A DNA stretch of 64,000 bases from contig OU015568.1 of the NCBI GenBank assembly GCA_907165135.1, forward strand, positions 5,890,001 through 5,954,000, read 5' to 3'. Shown piece by piece: positions 1-9,694 of this stretch. Position 1 is the first letter of the stretch; the number at the start of each line of letters is the position of its first letter. A program made the translations under genes and the position numbers. Below the pieces are notes generated by a model that was not told where the DNA came from, ran no database searches, and saw nothing but the letters and a program-made list of their open reading frames with translations. The DNA comes from Oikopleura dioica (taxonomy: Eukaryota > Animalia > Chordata).

Positions 1-1275
1 TCAGATCTTTTCGTAAGAAATGACAAACTCAACTGGACAATAATTCTTGACGAAGTCCCTGTCGATCGAGTCGCTTCATTAGGAATCGGCCAAAAGACTG
101 ACATTTCTTTGACAATTTGACTTTTTTAGCCGAAAAAAGACAGCCTTATTTCCGCTTCGAAAGACCAATCTGAGCGATTCGGGCAAAGCTTTGAAGATTT
201 TGTTATTTCCTGCGAATTCGACCAGGCTCCTTGTGGAAGGGATGATTTTTTGACTTTTCAGCATGAGCAGTATGGAACTTGCCATACTTTCAATGGTCAT
301 TCCATGAAGCGCAGGAGTACCTCAAACATCGGTTAGTTTCCCCGAATATATAGAATATGAAAGTCTTGATTTCAGGAACGGAGTACGGATTAAAGCTAAT
401 TCTCTTCGCCGACGAGTCCGAATACGTCGGCGCCACCTCCGCGACCGTCGGAGTCCGCTTCGACATCCACCAGTATGGATCAATTTCGTTTCCAGAAGAA
501 CACGGTCAAAACGCTCCAGTTGGCGCTGCAACGGCTGTTTCTCTCAGAGCAAATCAAATTTCAAGAACGGTTCTGCCTTGGAACAAGGAGAACTGTACCA
601 ATGTTTATGACTCTAACGATCCGGAATATGACGGGCATTATACTTACAGAGCTTGTCAGAAAGGATGTCTTCAGCGGCATTTGAGGGATGAGTGCGGCTG
701 TGTGACGTCATTGTTTTTGAAGAAAAATGACCCTGTTTGTGGTTTACTCGACAAAACAACTTGTAAGTGACTGTATTGTGTCGTCGGTAATTGATTTAAT
801 TGAAGACCTTTGTGTCGAAAAAATCAAGGAAGACTTCCAATCTGGGCTAATTAACGATTGTTTCTGCAGCCAGCGCTGTTCCGAGGTCTTTTATGACCGT
901 TAGTAAAACATTCTTTAGACAATGACTAATATTTTTTCAGTGCATTACAGCACGGTAAAATGGCCTAGCTCTCAGTACGAAGGGCTGCTACTCAGCGCTA
1001 TTTCGAACTCAACCGCTGCGGCAAAAATTCGCAACTCAACTGATCTTCAGTCCGCTGTGGAGGATAATCTGCTTCGATTGAGCTTCACCTTCGACGAATT
1101 GAACGCGAAACTGATCGAAGAAAGCCCTAAATACGACATTTGGACGCTTTTTGCGAATATTGGCGGAACACTTGGACTCTACGTCGGAATTTCTTTCATT
1201 ACTTTGTTCGAATTTCTCGAAGTTCTAGCCGACATTTGTCTATTTACCTGCTGCTATCGCTGTAGCAAAGATTAA
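1..1275 (+). CDS. DEG/ENaC (ASIC-like) sodium channel, copy A, 5' part outside the window
   Basis: Spliced exons give FEDFVISCEFDQAPC, FQHEQYGTCHTFN, GLKLIL, GVRFDIH, the Cys-rich CQKGCLQRHLRDECGC, YSTVKWPS, and TM2 with the GxS filter (NIGGTLGLYVGISFITLFE). Near-identical to 27.5-28.9 kb. Confidence 0.92.
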
Positions 1276-1444
1276 TATCAAATAAAAAGCTGCTTTTCTT
1301 TTTTAAAAGACAATCTTCTTTGATTTCCCGGAAGACAGGTTTTCAGCTGCTCTTCAGAAAAATCATTTTTTAAAGATGTTTTACCCAGGATTCTCGTGAA
1401 TGAAACTGAAACTAGAATTCTTTCAAGATATTTTTGCTCACTGT

Positions 1445-3604
1445 TTATTTCGGAGTAAGAGTGATTGAATAGGCTTGAGGCAGAAGATACCACTTTTCTG
1501 TGTCCATGTTTAATTCATCGTTGGTCAAAGCAACAAACTCGTTATTTGGTCCGTAAAAGACATAATCTTTGTTGTAGTGGAAACAATCTCTCATCATTTC
1601 TTCAGAAGCATAGAATTCGCGAGAAATGGGAATTCTGATTTGATCGCCAGAATGGTCGATGAGAGTGTTTTGGAGAATGAATTTCGAGTTTTCGAGTCGG
1701 TCCAGCACCATTTGGTCGAAGATTAATGATCCGTCGGGGTTGAGATATGCGCCGGTGACGGTTAGGGGACGGGTGGAGGAGAATTTGTGGTGGAGAAGCA
1801 CTGAAAATATTTTACTCTTTTCAAAGTTAAGATGACGAAGTTGAGATACCTAGCTCGAAATCAAAATTGCCTATTGTGAATCCTCCACGCAAATTTTGAA
1901 TAATTTGCCATCCACTTTCATTCAAATAAGTTTTCAATTTCAATCTTCTGAGAAGCAAATCAATTTCGTTTGTTTGGAATTTTTGTTCTTCGAATTTTGG
2001 ATTTAAATTTAATCCAGCCAAACTGCGCGGATAAATCACCATCGTCAGAATTGTGAAGATTCTTTCGAAAGAATATCTTTCTTCCATTTTCCCATCATCA
2101 ATTCCCGAATCATTTTTCATCGCCCATCTCAAAAGAGTTGCGACGGAAATGGGGACACAAAGATTGCTTTCTTTTTGGTTCAGAACATTTTTCGTCACGT
2201 TTTTGAAGTCGAAATTGATCTGTTTCGTCATTTTCTGTTTGAGATTTGACATTGCCGAAGACTTTGTCAAGTTGGGATCGTCAAGGCAAAAATGGGAAGA
2301 CGCGTTTTTTAGCGAAATTACTTTTAACAGGCTTTTGATTTCATTGGTTGTTGGTTTTTCTTTTGATAGCCAGGCGGCATTGAATTTCTTAAAGGTTGCA
2401 ATTGTCACGAAAACGAAAAATTCAACAAACCTTTAGTTCATTTTTGATCTTTTCTCGCTCGCCTTCTTCGATGGGATTGTAAAGAAGACTCCAAGCAGAT
2501 TTCCAGTCGCAGAGAATAAAAATATGAAGTGGAGATCCTTTTTCTCCGAACGTATTACAAAGTTCACTTATTCTCGCAAAAGCAGCAGAGCCAGAAACTA
2601 AAAAATATCGGAAAATTTATTCAAAATAAACGAATTTGAAACTTACATAATAATTGACTATCTCTATATTTGCTTCCTCTCCGCGCGTAGCCCAATTCGC
2701 GGTAGCTCCTTCGTCCAGTCCATTCTTGCAAAGTTCCGTAATCGATCAACTTTGGTTCCCCATCTTTGAGGAGAACATTCTCGGGCTTCTTGTCGTGATG
2801 TAAGATTCCAACGCTCTTCAAATAATCAAGTCCGTTTTGCACTCCCACAGCTATTTTTTTTCGTTCTTCCAAGTTGAGATCTTCGTTTTTCAGTCGGCTT
2901 CGGAGATCGCAGTCGCTCCTTTCCATGATCGTGATCCACCCGAGGCAATCTTCATTTTTCTCGTCTTTACTTAAGAAGACTTCGATGTTGCAATAATTCT
3001 TGATGATGTTTGAATGAAGGGGGATCACGGAAACGTCATCTTTTTCTCTATTTTCAGCGCTCCCATAATCTAAAAATAAAAAATCGAAAACAAAATGACT
3101 AGTCTTACCATTGGAAAGATGAATCTCAAACTTCAACTCTTCTTCTTCTCCCACAAACAGCGCCGAGTCAAAAGCCTGCACCCTCACAGCCACTTCGAGT
3201 TCATCAAATTTTTCTTCCAAAACAATCGCTTCTCCTCCTTCAGAAATCGATTTGAAAGATTTGCCAAGAATCCATTCTCCAGTTTCTTCTTTCAATTCAG
3301 ATCGCGCGATTTTTCGACTTTTAAAAGTCGGATTTTTTTCAAGAATCGTTTTTTGGAATGCAGTTATCGCCCATTTTTCTTTTAAAAAGCCAGAACGAAA
3401 AACTTTTCCTTCTCTATTTTCAAAAACAACCTCCTCCCAATCAGAACTCGAATGATATTCAAACTCGCGTCTCTCAAGCGACAAAATCAGTCTGTCCAAA
3501 TCATCTCTGCTCGTCGTTCTTTTCAACTTCTTCTTAAAACCCTCCAGCCATTCCTCAACCGCTTCTCTCGTCAATTCTTTTGGATGCGACGTTACTCGAT
3601 TCAT
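1445..3604 (-). CDS. Atypical protein kinase fused to a C-terminal papain-like (clan CA-like) domain, copy A (putative catalytic His replaced by Asp)
   Basis: Exons join in frame via short GT-AG introns. Kinase motifs: SEGGEAIV, VAVR, HHDKKPENVLL, IDYG. Downstream: NQKESNLCVPIS, FDQMVL, FILQNT. Paralog at 40303-42461. Confidence 0.75.
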
Positions 3605-4010
3605 CTGCAGCTTCTTTTTCTGGAAATTCAAAAAAGGGGGGTTTCAATAGGTCTCTCCCTTGCAGAAGAAAGTTAACCGGCAAGAAAGCGCTCTAGTGAT
3701 TCTGAAATAACGACTGTATTTTTATCAAAAAAAAAAATAAACGAAGACAAAGTAACCAAATAGTCGTTAAGTCCTGCGCTGCGTCCTGCAACCAGTACGT
3801 ATGTTTGGAAAACGTGAGTCAGAGTGTAAAAGATAAATAATGAGATTTTTGAAAAACGAGTCCGCAAAGCGGCTTGACAAGATGTTAAACAAAAATTACA
3901 AAGATAATTTCGCAACGCGGCTTTTCATCATTGATCTTTCAGACCCTGAATCAGGTTTTCCAGACAGGCTGCCGAGCCAAGCCCGTACGAAAAAATAGAA
4001 ATCTTCTTCT

Positions 4011-4113
4011 ATCGCCGATAGACTATCCGTATTTCCCCCCGTCTACAAATTTCCAAAAATCAAAAATCGGCTTTTCATAGTATATTATCGGCATATCACA
4101 TATTATCGGCGAT
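4011..4113. mobile_element. Small inverted-repeat element at a rearrangement junction
   Basis: ATCGCCGATA at 4011-4020 and TATCGGCGAT ending at 4113 are reverse complements. It sits between the kinase block and the sulfatase fragment. Confidence 0.45.
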
Positions 4114-4119
4114 TCCTGA

Positions 4120-4689
4120 CATTTGAAGGAAGCCGGCTTGTGGAACAACACGATCTTCATCTTCTCCACTGATAATGGCGGACAAGTCTATGTCGGCGGC
4201 AACAATCTCCGAGGCAACAGGGGCGGCTACTGGGGCGCTCCTAAAAAGCTTCCTTTCTTTACGGTCGGATAAACTTCTTGAGCCCAGCGCCTGGGGCCAA
4301 TCAGAACGCTCGGAGATTCGCCATCTTTTCTCGCTGATTTTCAATCTCCCGTTTATACTATTTTTCGCACTTTTCCGCGTAAAACAAACAGTTCAAGAGT
4401 CTTCAAGAGCATCAACATGTAGAGAAGAAAACAGTCAAAAATGAGGATTTCCTATTTTTTCTCGCTCTTAGGATTCGTTTTTGGAGAGAAATTGAAATAT
4501 GAAGAAACAGAGTCTGACAGACCAAATATCGTTTTTGCGATAATTGACGATTACGGATACAACGACATTGGATACCACCAGGTACATTGACACTTTGAAG
4601 CTGTGGAAAGATCTGTTCTTTGAAATAGGACATCATCAAGACGCCGAACATCGATGCCATTTCCGCCTCCGGAGTGCGCCTTGAAAACG
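4120..4689 (+). pseudogene. Scrambled fragments of the ARSB-like sulfatase gene
   Basis: 4120-4225 matches the internal exon at about 29990-30110 ([21 protein letters not shown]). It is joined to 4230-4689, which matches the promoter and first exons at 28945-29390. The copy stops at GVRLEN, where a TIR element begins. Confidence 0.85.
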
Positions 4690-5452
4690 GTAGTATGGAA
4701 AAAAGTTTCGGTAAAATTGCCGAAATATGGTGAGCTTATTTTCTGATTAATATTTCGGTAACAGCCGAAACTTTTTTCACTTTTTTCCACTTTTTTCACA
4801 AAAATGTTTCGGCAGGCTACCGAAATCTTTTTCACTTTAAGGTTCGTTTCTAGCAAAAACATTTCGGCAAAAAAAGCGCCGGAGATGATAGAAATCAAGG
4901 AATCTAAGTTCCCCTGACCACGGGGCTTCGCCCCTTAGGTCCTAAGATGCCGGGGTCTAGTCTAGGGTTACTTAGGGTTACCTTCAGTAACCCTAACTAA
5001 CCCTAGCCTATCCCCCTCGGGTAATTTGTTCCGTCATTTTTGAAGGTGCCCCCTAACCCTAACCTTTATTGAAGCAAATACTTCGATTTCAATTTTTAAT
5101 CATCGGCTTCCTTCATTTTTGCGTAATAAAGAATGAAGCCAAAGAAATGATCTTCTGGATATGAGAACAGACAATAACTCGAGATTTTTAAGGTAAAAAA
5201 ATGACAAGGCACACTCATTGAATGCACATACCAGCGCAAATCAGGATGATAATGGAAAAACCTGCCGAAACTTTATTGCTCAAAAGACATCAAATTCTGA
5301 TTTTTGTTTCGGCTCGTACCGAAATATTTTTGCTAAAAACGAGTCTTATTTGTATAATTCTTTCGGCTGCCTACCGAAATATTTATCACATTTGACCCCT
5401 TGAAAGTGATTTATATTTCGGTCGCTTTTACCGAAACATTTTTCCATACTAC
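4690..5452. mobile_element. Non-autonomous TIR element with subterminal TTTCGG-N-CCGAAA palindromes
   Basis: The left end GTAGTATGGAAAAAAGTTTCGGTAAAA and the right end TTTTACCGAAACATTTTTCCATACTAC form an inverted repeat of about 27 bp. Several internal TTTCGG...CCGAAA units. No target-site duplication visible. Confidence 0.7.
4915..5075. repeat. TTAGGG-like hairpin element nested in the TIR element, with a related copy at about 9470-9530
   Basis: 20-bp stem: CTAGGGTTACTTAGGGTTAC (4962-4981) pairs with GTAACCCTAACTAACCCTAG (4987-5006), one mismatch. The same left arm and upstream sequence recur at 9480-9530. Confidence 0.55.
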
Positions 5453-5695
5453 GTTTATTTCAATTCAAATGTACAACTTAAAAAAAGCATCTCTCATTCT
5501 AACAAAGCCCAAGCGGCTTGATGGATCCATCGATGCAGCACATTTTCGTTTCTGAATTGAAAAACTCTCGCTTACCCGCCTCGCCGCAGCACTCCAAAGT
5601 CACTGTATTGCTGTTTCCGGAGCCATTCGAGCCAGAAGAATCACGTGAGGTGTAGCAGTTTTGTTGACGCTCAAATCCGTTGAAAATTAATGAAA
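5453..5695 (-). pseudogene. Inverted orphan copy of the last exon and 3' UTR of the PLA2-like gene
   Basis: Reverse complement of about 39930-40170 (GFERQQNCYTSRDSSGSNGSGNSNTVTLECCGEAGKREFFNSETKMCC). Upstream exons are absent here. Confidence 0.88.
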
Positions 5696-6147
5696 TTTCA
5701 TTCTGAACAATAAAATAAATTTTAAAATAAATACCGCTCTGCGGCTTCATCTCTAGAAAATAAATCTTTAACAATGACTACCTCCAACAACGATATTTTA
5801 GTGAGCAGTCAAGATGAAACAGTAGTGGAAAGCACAGTCGTCAGAACACCTGTTCGATCGCGTCACAAATCTGAATGCGATGCATCAAAAAAGATGCCAG
5901 CTCCACCACATCGAGAACGACGGAGAACATCCTCTGATAGCGGCGCACTTCTTTAGTATTTATTCCCGACAACTGTAAAAACTGTAACGATGCTATTTAT
6001 TAGTAAAGATTTGTAAAGAGATACTTGAATTGCTGGATACTTGCAGATGAAAACAAGGAAGACTAAGGATTGCGGTTGAACTGTGGTGTTTATTGCAGCG
6101 CATGAAGAAATGTCGAAAAATAAATAAAAGTGCCTAAGACCTCAGTG

Positions 6148-9100
6148 TCATGTCATTGCTCTAAGCGAAAGCTCGTTATTCTTGTAAAGCAGGGTTAGCT
6201 CTTGGAAGAAAAGGCTTTCATCAGGCATTCCTTGCTTGTGCAAACTCACCGATCCGCCATCTGGAAGCACCATCCCAGAGATCTTAGAGATGCCTGCTTT
6301 AACACGTAGGATGCCCGTGTAGAGCATATCCTCGATGCGGAACTCTCTGTAATCCGTTTCCTTTGCCGCTTCGTATATTTTTCTTGCTGCTGATGCTGTG
6401 AGAGCGGTGGCTTGCCCGTTACTATAGGTGGGAATAAAGTACTTTGGAGGATAGAGGTCAATCCAGGTATAGTACTTTCCGAAGTACATTGCTGGCGCTT
6501 CAGGGATGCATTCTCCTTTAAATATTTGTCGCGTCATTGTTTTTCAAATGAAGGCCCACCTTTTAAACACTTTATTTCGGGCACGGACGGATCCAACTTT
6601 TCTAATTGACCCTTCAGCTCGTCGAGCTTTATGAAAATATCGTCGTCGTGGAAGATCGCATATTTTTCTTCTTACAGTGATCAGTGAAAAACTGATAACC
6701 AGCAAATGTTTTCATTGGCAAGTTTTCATAATTGTCCTCATAATCATATAACACTATGTCGTTGTGTTTTTCGCTCTCGGCTTTGATTTCGTCAGTTAGC
6801 CATTCTTTCTCTTGTTATAGCTCACCAGATATTGTCATAAATCGAATTATTATGTATTCTATGGAGAGTTGCAAATTTGGCTTTATTTTCGCTGAGCTGA
6901 GCTGAGTGAGAAATTCTCTGAGCTGAGCTGAGCTGAGCTGGCCTATTTGAAATAGGCTATTTCGGAGCTCACTGAGCTGAGCTGGCCATTTTCAGAGGTC
7001 ATTGAGCTGAGCTGAGCTGAGCAGACCTTTTTTTAAGGTAGTTGAGCTGAGCTGAGCAGACCCTAATTAGAGCTGAACTGAGCTGAGTGAGCTATTTTTC
7101 ACTGTTTTTTTGTAGTGAAATTGTGTTTAAATCATTTAGCTGAGCTGAGCTGAGCTGAGTGATTATTGTCTGAGCTGAGCTGAGCTGAGCAGATAAATTC
7201 ATTTTCTAAAATCAGTGAGCTGAGCTGAGCTGAGCGACTCAGCCAGCTCAGCTCACTTAGCTCAGCAAATCTGCAACTCTGATTCTATGTAGGTAAGTAT
7301 CCGTAGCCTTTCCTTTTGACGATGGACTTCCAAGAAGAAAGAACAGATGGAAGGAATCCTGGTATTGCTTCTTTAAAATTTCCATGTAATATTTGCGGAT
7401 CTCATCTCGCCGAAAAGAGCCCTTCCGGCTCGATTTAATGAAACTCACGAAACCATCTCCGCTGCAAGACGGAGGTTTTATAAATTTGACTTGTTTTTGT
7501 TGCGATAGAATTTGCGTTCCACGAAGATATTTTGGCAGATTTCGTTTCGTTGGATGCGCAGTGAAAACTGAATTAGTAATGACATCTATTTGAAAAGCAA
7601 AAGAAAAGCGTTTACGTTGATATGCTTTGGATATTTTCAGCAAAGATAAGTTCATCTTTTGGTGAAGCGAATTTCGAATGAGTGTGAATCTGATCCCAAG
7701 AAACCACTTAATGGGTTCTCAAAGATCGAAGATAGCTGCGAATATTCTTGAGGTATTTTCATCATCGTAAAAGGATGAGTTTTTCCTCGCATGTAAATCT
7801 TTTTTCCAGTTTCAGGAGTGAACATCATTGCGTCAGCGACGCAAGATTCGCCATTTGATCCAACACCACACAAAAGCGTTCCTTTGTTCGGTAACGAAAA
7901 CTCTTAAAGATCTTGATCTGAGTACTGAGTCAGTACTACTGACTGGAAACTTTTGGAATGAGGAGGTATATCTTAAGGACCCCCGTCAACACTTTTAGAA
8001 AAAATATTTTCGGAATTTCAAAATTTTGACCCCGGAAATGGATTCTACGGGTCAAAAACGATTTTGAGGCTTCATTTTTGGGGGTCTATCTCGACTCCTT
8101 CGCCCTCAAAATCGCATTTGAAAATCGGACTTTTTGACGAAAAATGACGAAAAAGTCCCAATTTTGCTAAAATTTTAGATTTGTTTTTAAATTTTCGATT
8201 TTTTAGGAAAATTGTTGCCGGGGGTCCTTAAGTTCCTTAATGTTCTACCGCTTTCCTGGAGGGCTAGTGGAAAGAGTTTCTATTCCATCTTGAATCGTTG
8301 TTATGTCAATGATGTTGAGCCTGTTCGCGATCCAGACAATAGCACTGTACTCCGACCATTTTCCCTGGTAGGGATTTCGAAGAGGAGCTACTGGCATGTG
8401 AGAATTACGAAAATCCCCGAAAACTTTCTCGCTTGGGTCAAGAAAGTTGCCATAGAACTGAACGTCGACTTTTAATGATGGATAAAGCTTCATTGCGAGA
8501 CGCGCCATTTGACGGTGCATCATGCGGATATCCGACGACACCTCTTGAAGCGTTGAATCATTTGAGCTCGGTGTGTTCACCAACACTAACACACTTTTTC
8601 AACGGCTATTCCCATAATTTCGTTTTTATGGAAAATATACAAAACAAGTGTCAAATGGATAAAGCCGAGTGCCTGTGTTTTATCGGAATATCCTGGAGTG
8701 GAACTTCCGCGTCTTCTATCGAGTCGAAGATAGATTGAAGAGCAATGAGGCCTCCGTCTTCTCTGCCATTTTCCCAGAAGTCTTCGTTCTCATCCTTTGA
8801 ATCCTCTTTGCTTTCTGAGTCTTCTTTTGTTAAGGTTAAAGACAAGCTGGGACTACGAAGACAGACTCGACAGACTGTAAATATTATATTTTTGAAACGA
8901 AAGCAATTATAAAATATATTAAAATATCTGTAAAGACTTCTTTAACCACACTGAAAGCGCACTTGATGAAGAGTCATCATCGTTCGCTGTCATCTGAGAA
9001 TATTCATCTTTATTCCTTTCTGTAAATTCGCTTCTTGAATACTGGAGAATATTCAGCAAAGTCAGACATATACAGAGCAGTGTCAATCTAAATACAATTC

Positions 9101-9155
9101 AAGGCTCGCTTTGACAAAATGCTCAAAATTCTTACTTGTCACCCTTTAAAAGCAT
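6148..9155 (-). CDS. GT31 beta-1,3-glycosyltransferase (galactosyltransferase family), type II membrane protein; probably damaged
   Basis: N-terminus MLLKGDKLTLLCICLTLLNIL (anchor). Family motifs: FIKSSRKGSFRRDEIRK, FFLLG, ESEKHNDIVLYDYEDNYENLPMKT, FHDDDIFI (DxD), YPPKYFIPTYSNG, FRIEDMLYTGI. There is an apparent frameshift in an A-run near 6665 and a MITE insertion at 6864-7281. Confidence 0.8.
6864..7281. mobile_element. hAT-type MITE with internal (GAGCT)n repeats
   Basis: Ends GAGAGTTGCAAATTT and AAATCTGCAACTCTG, with a perfect 8-bp TSD ATTCTATG at 6856-6863 and 7282-7289. A second copy lies at 38916-39293 in the opposite orientation. Confidence 0.88.
7973..8231. mobile_element. MITE bounded by TTAA
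   Basis: TTAAGGACCCCCGTCAACA at the left and TGTTGCCGGGGGTCCTTAA at the right (inverted, one mismatch). It lies in an intron of the GT31 gene. Confidence 0.75.
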
Positions 9156-9694
9156 ATTTAAAAGAGATGTCCCTTTCCGGGAGATTTTTGCATGACGCTC
9201 CAATTCTAAGGAGTTTGTGTATTCTCCCTAAGTGAATTTCTCTACTTCTCTGGGAACTTCAGATCACCGATGAATGGTGGGTTTTTTCCTCTCATAAAAA
9301 CCGATAATTATTTTCTTTGTCTTCCCTTCGATCGGGAAGAGTTGTTCACTTTCGAAAAACTACAGCTGAAAAAATTGCGTCACATCTTGGAGGCGCCATT
9401 TCGATTCATCCCCGGGCAAGGAACGATGAGAAAGCGCGTGGGCACCCAACCGCCGGTACTACAATTGTACAATTTCTGCCCCTCGGTCCGAAGATGTTGG
9501 GGGTCTAGTCTAGGGTTACTTAGGGTTACATAGAAGTCTTAAATGAGGAAGCATATTACAACACTTTATTTCGCAGAAACAATCAACAAAAATAAATATT
9601 AAGCAGATACAGGTACTTAGTACAGGTTTTTAATAAACTGTTTCATTACAGATATAATCAGTATCCGTTTTTAAAAACCGGTTTTTTATTTTTC

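Noticed and set aside
4915-4960. Hammerhead or HDV-like ribozyme
   Set aside because: Small hairpins are present, but the CUGANGA/GAAA core and a nested pseudoknot could not be identified.
4962-5070. True telomere or chromosome fusion site
   Set aside because: There are only two or three degenerate units per arm, embedded in a dispersed repeat with a second copy at 9.5 kb.
6890-7265. (GAGCT)n array as a CRISPR array or satellite
   Set aside because: The units are 5 bp with no unique spacers. The array is enclosed by TIRs and an 8-bp TSD, so it is a MITE interior in a eukaryotic genome.
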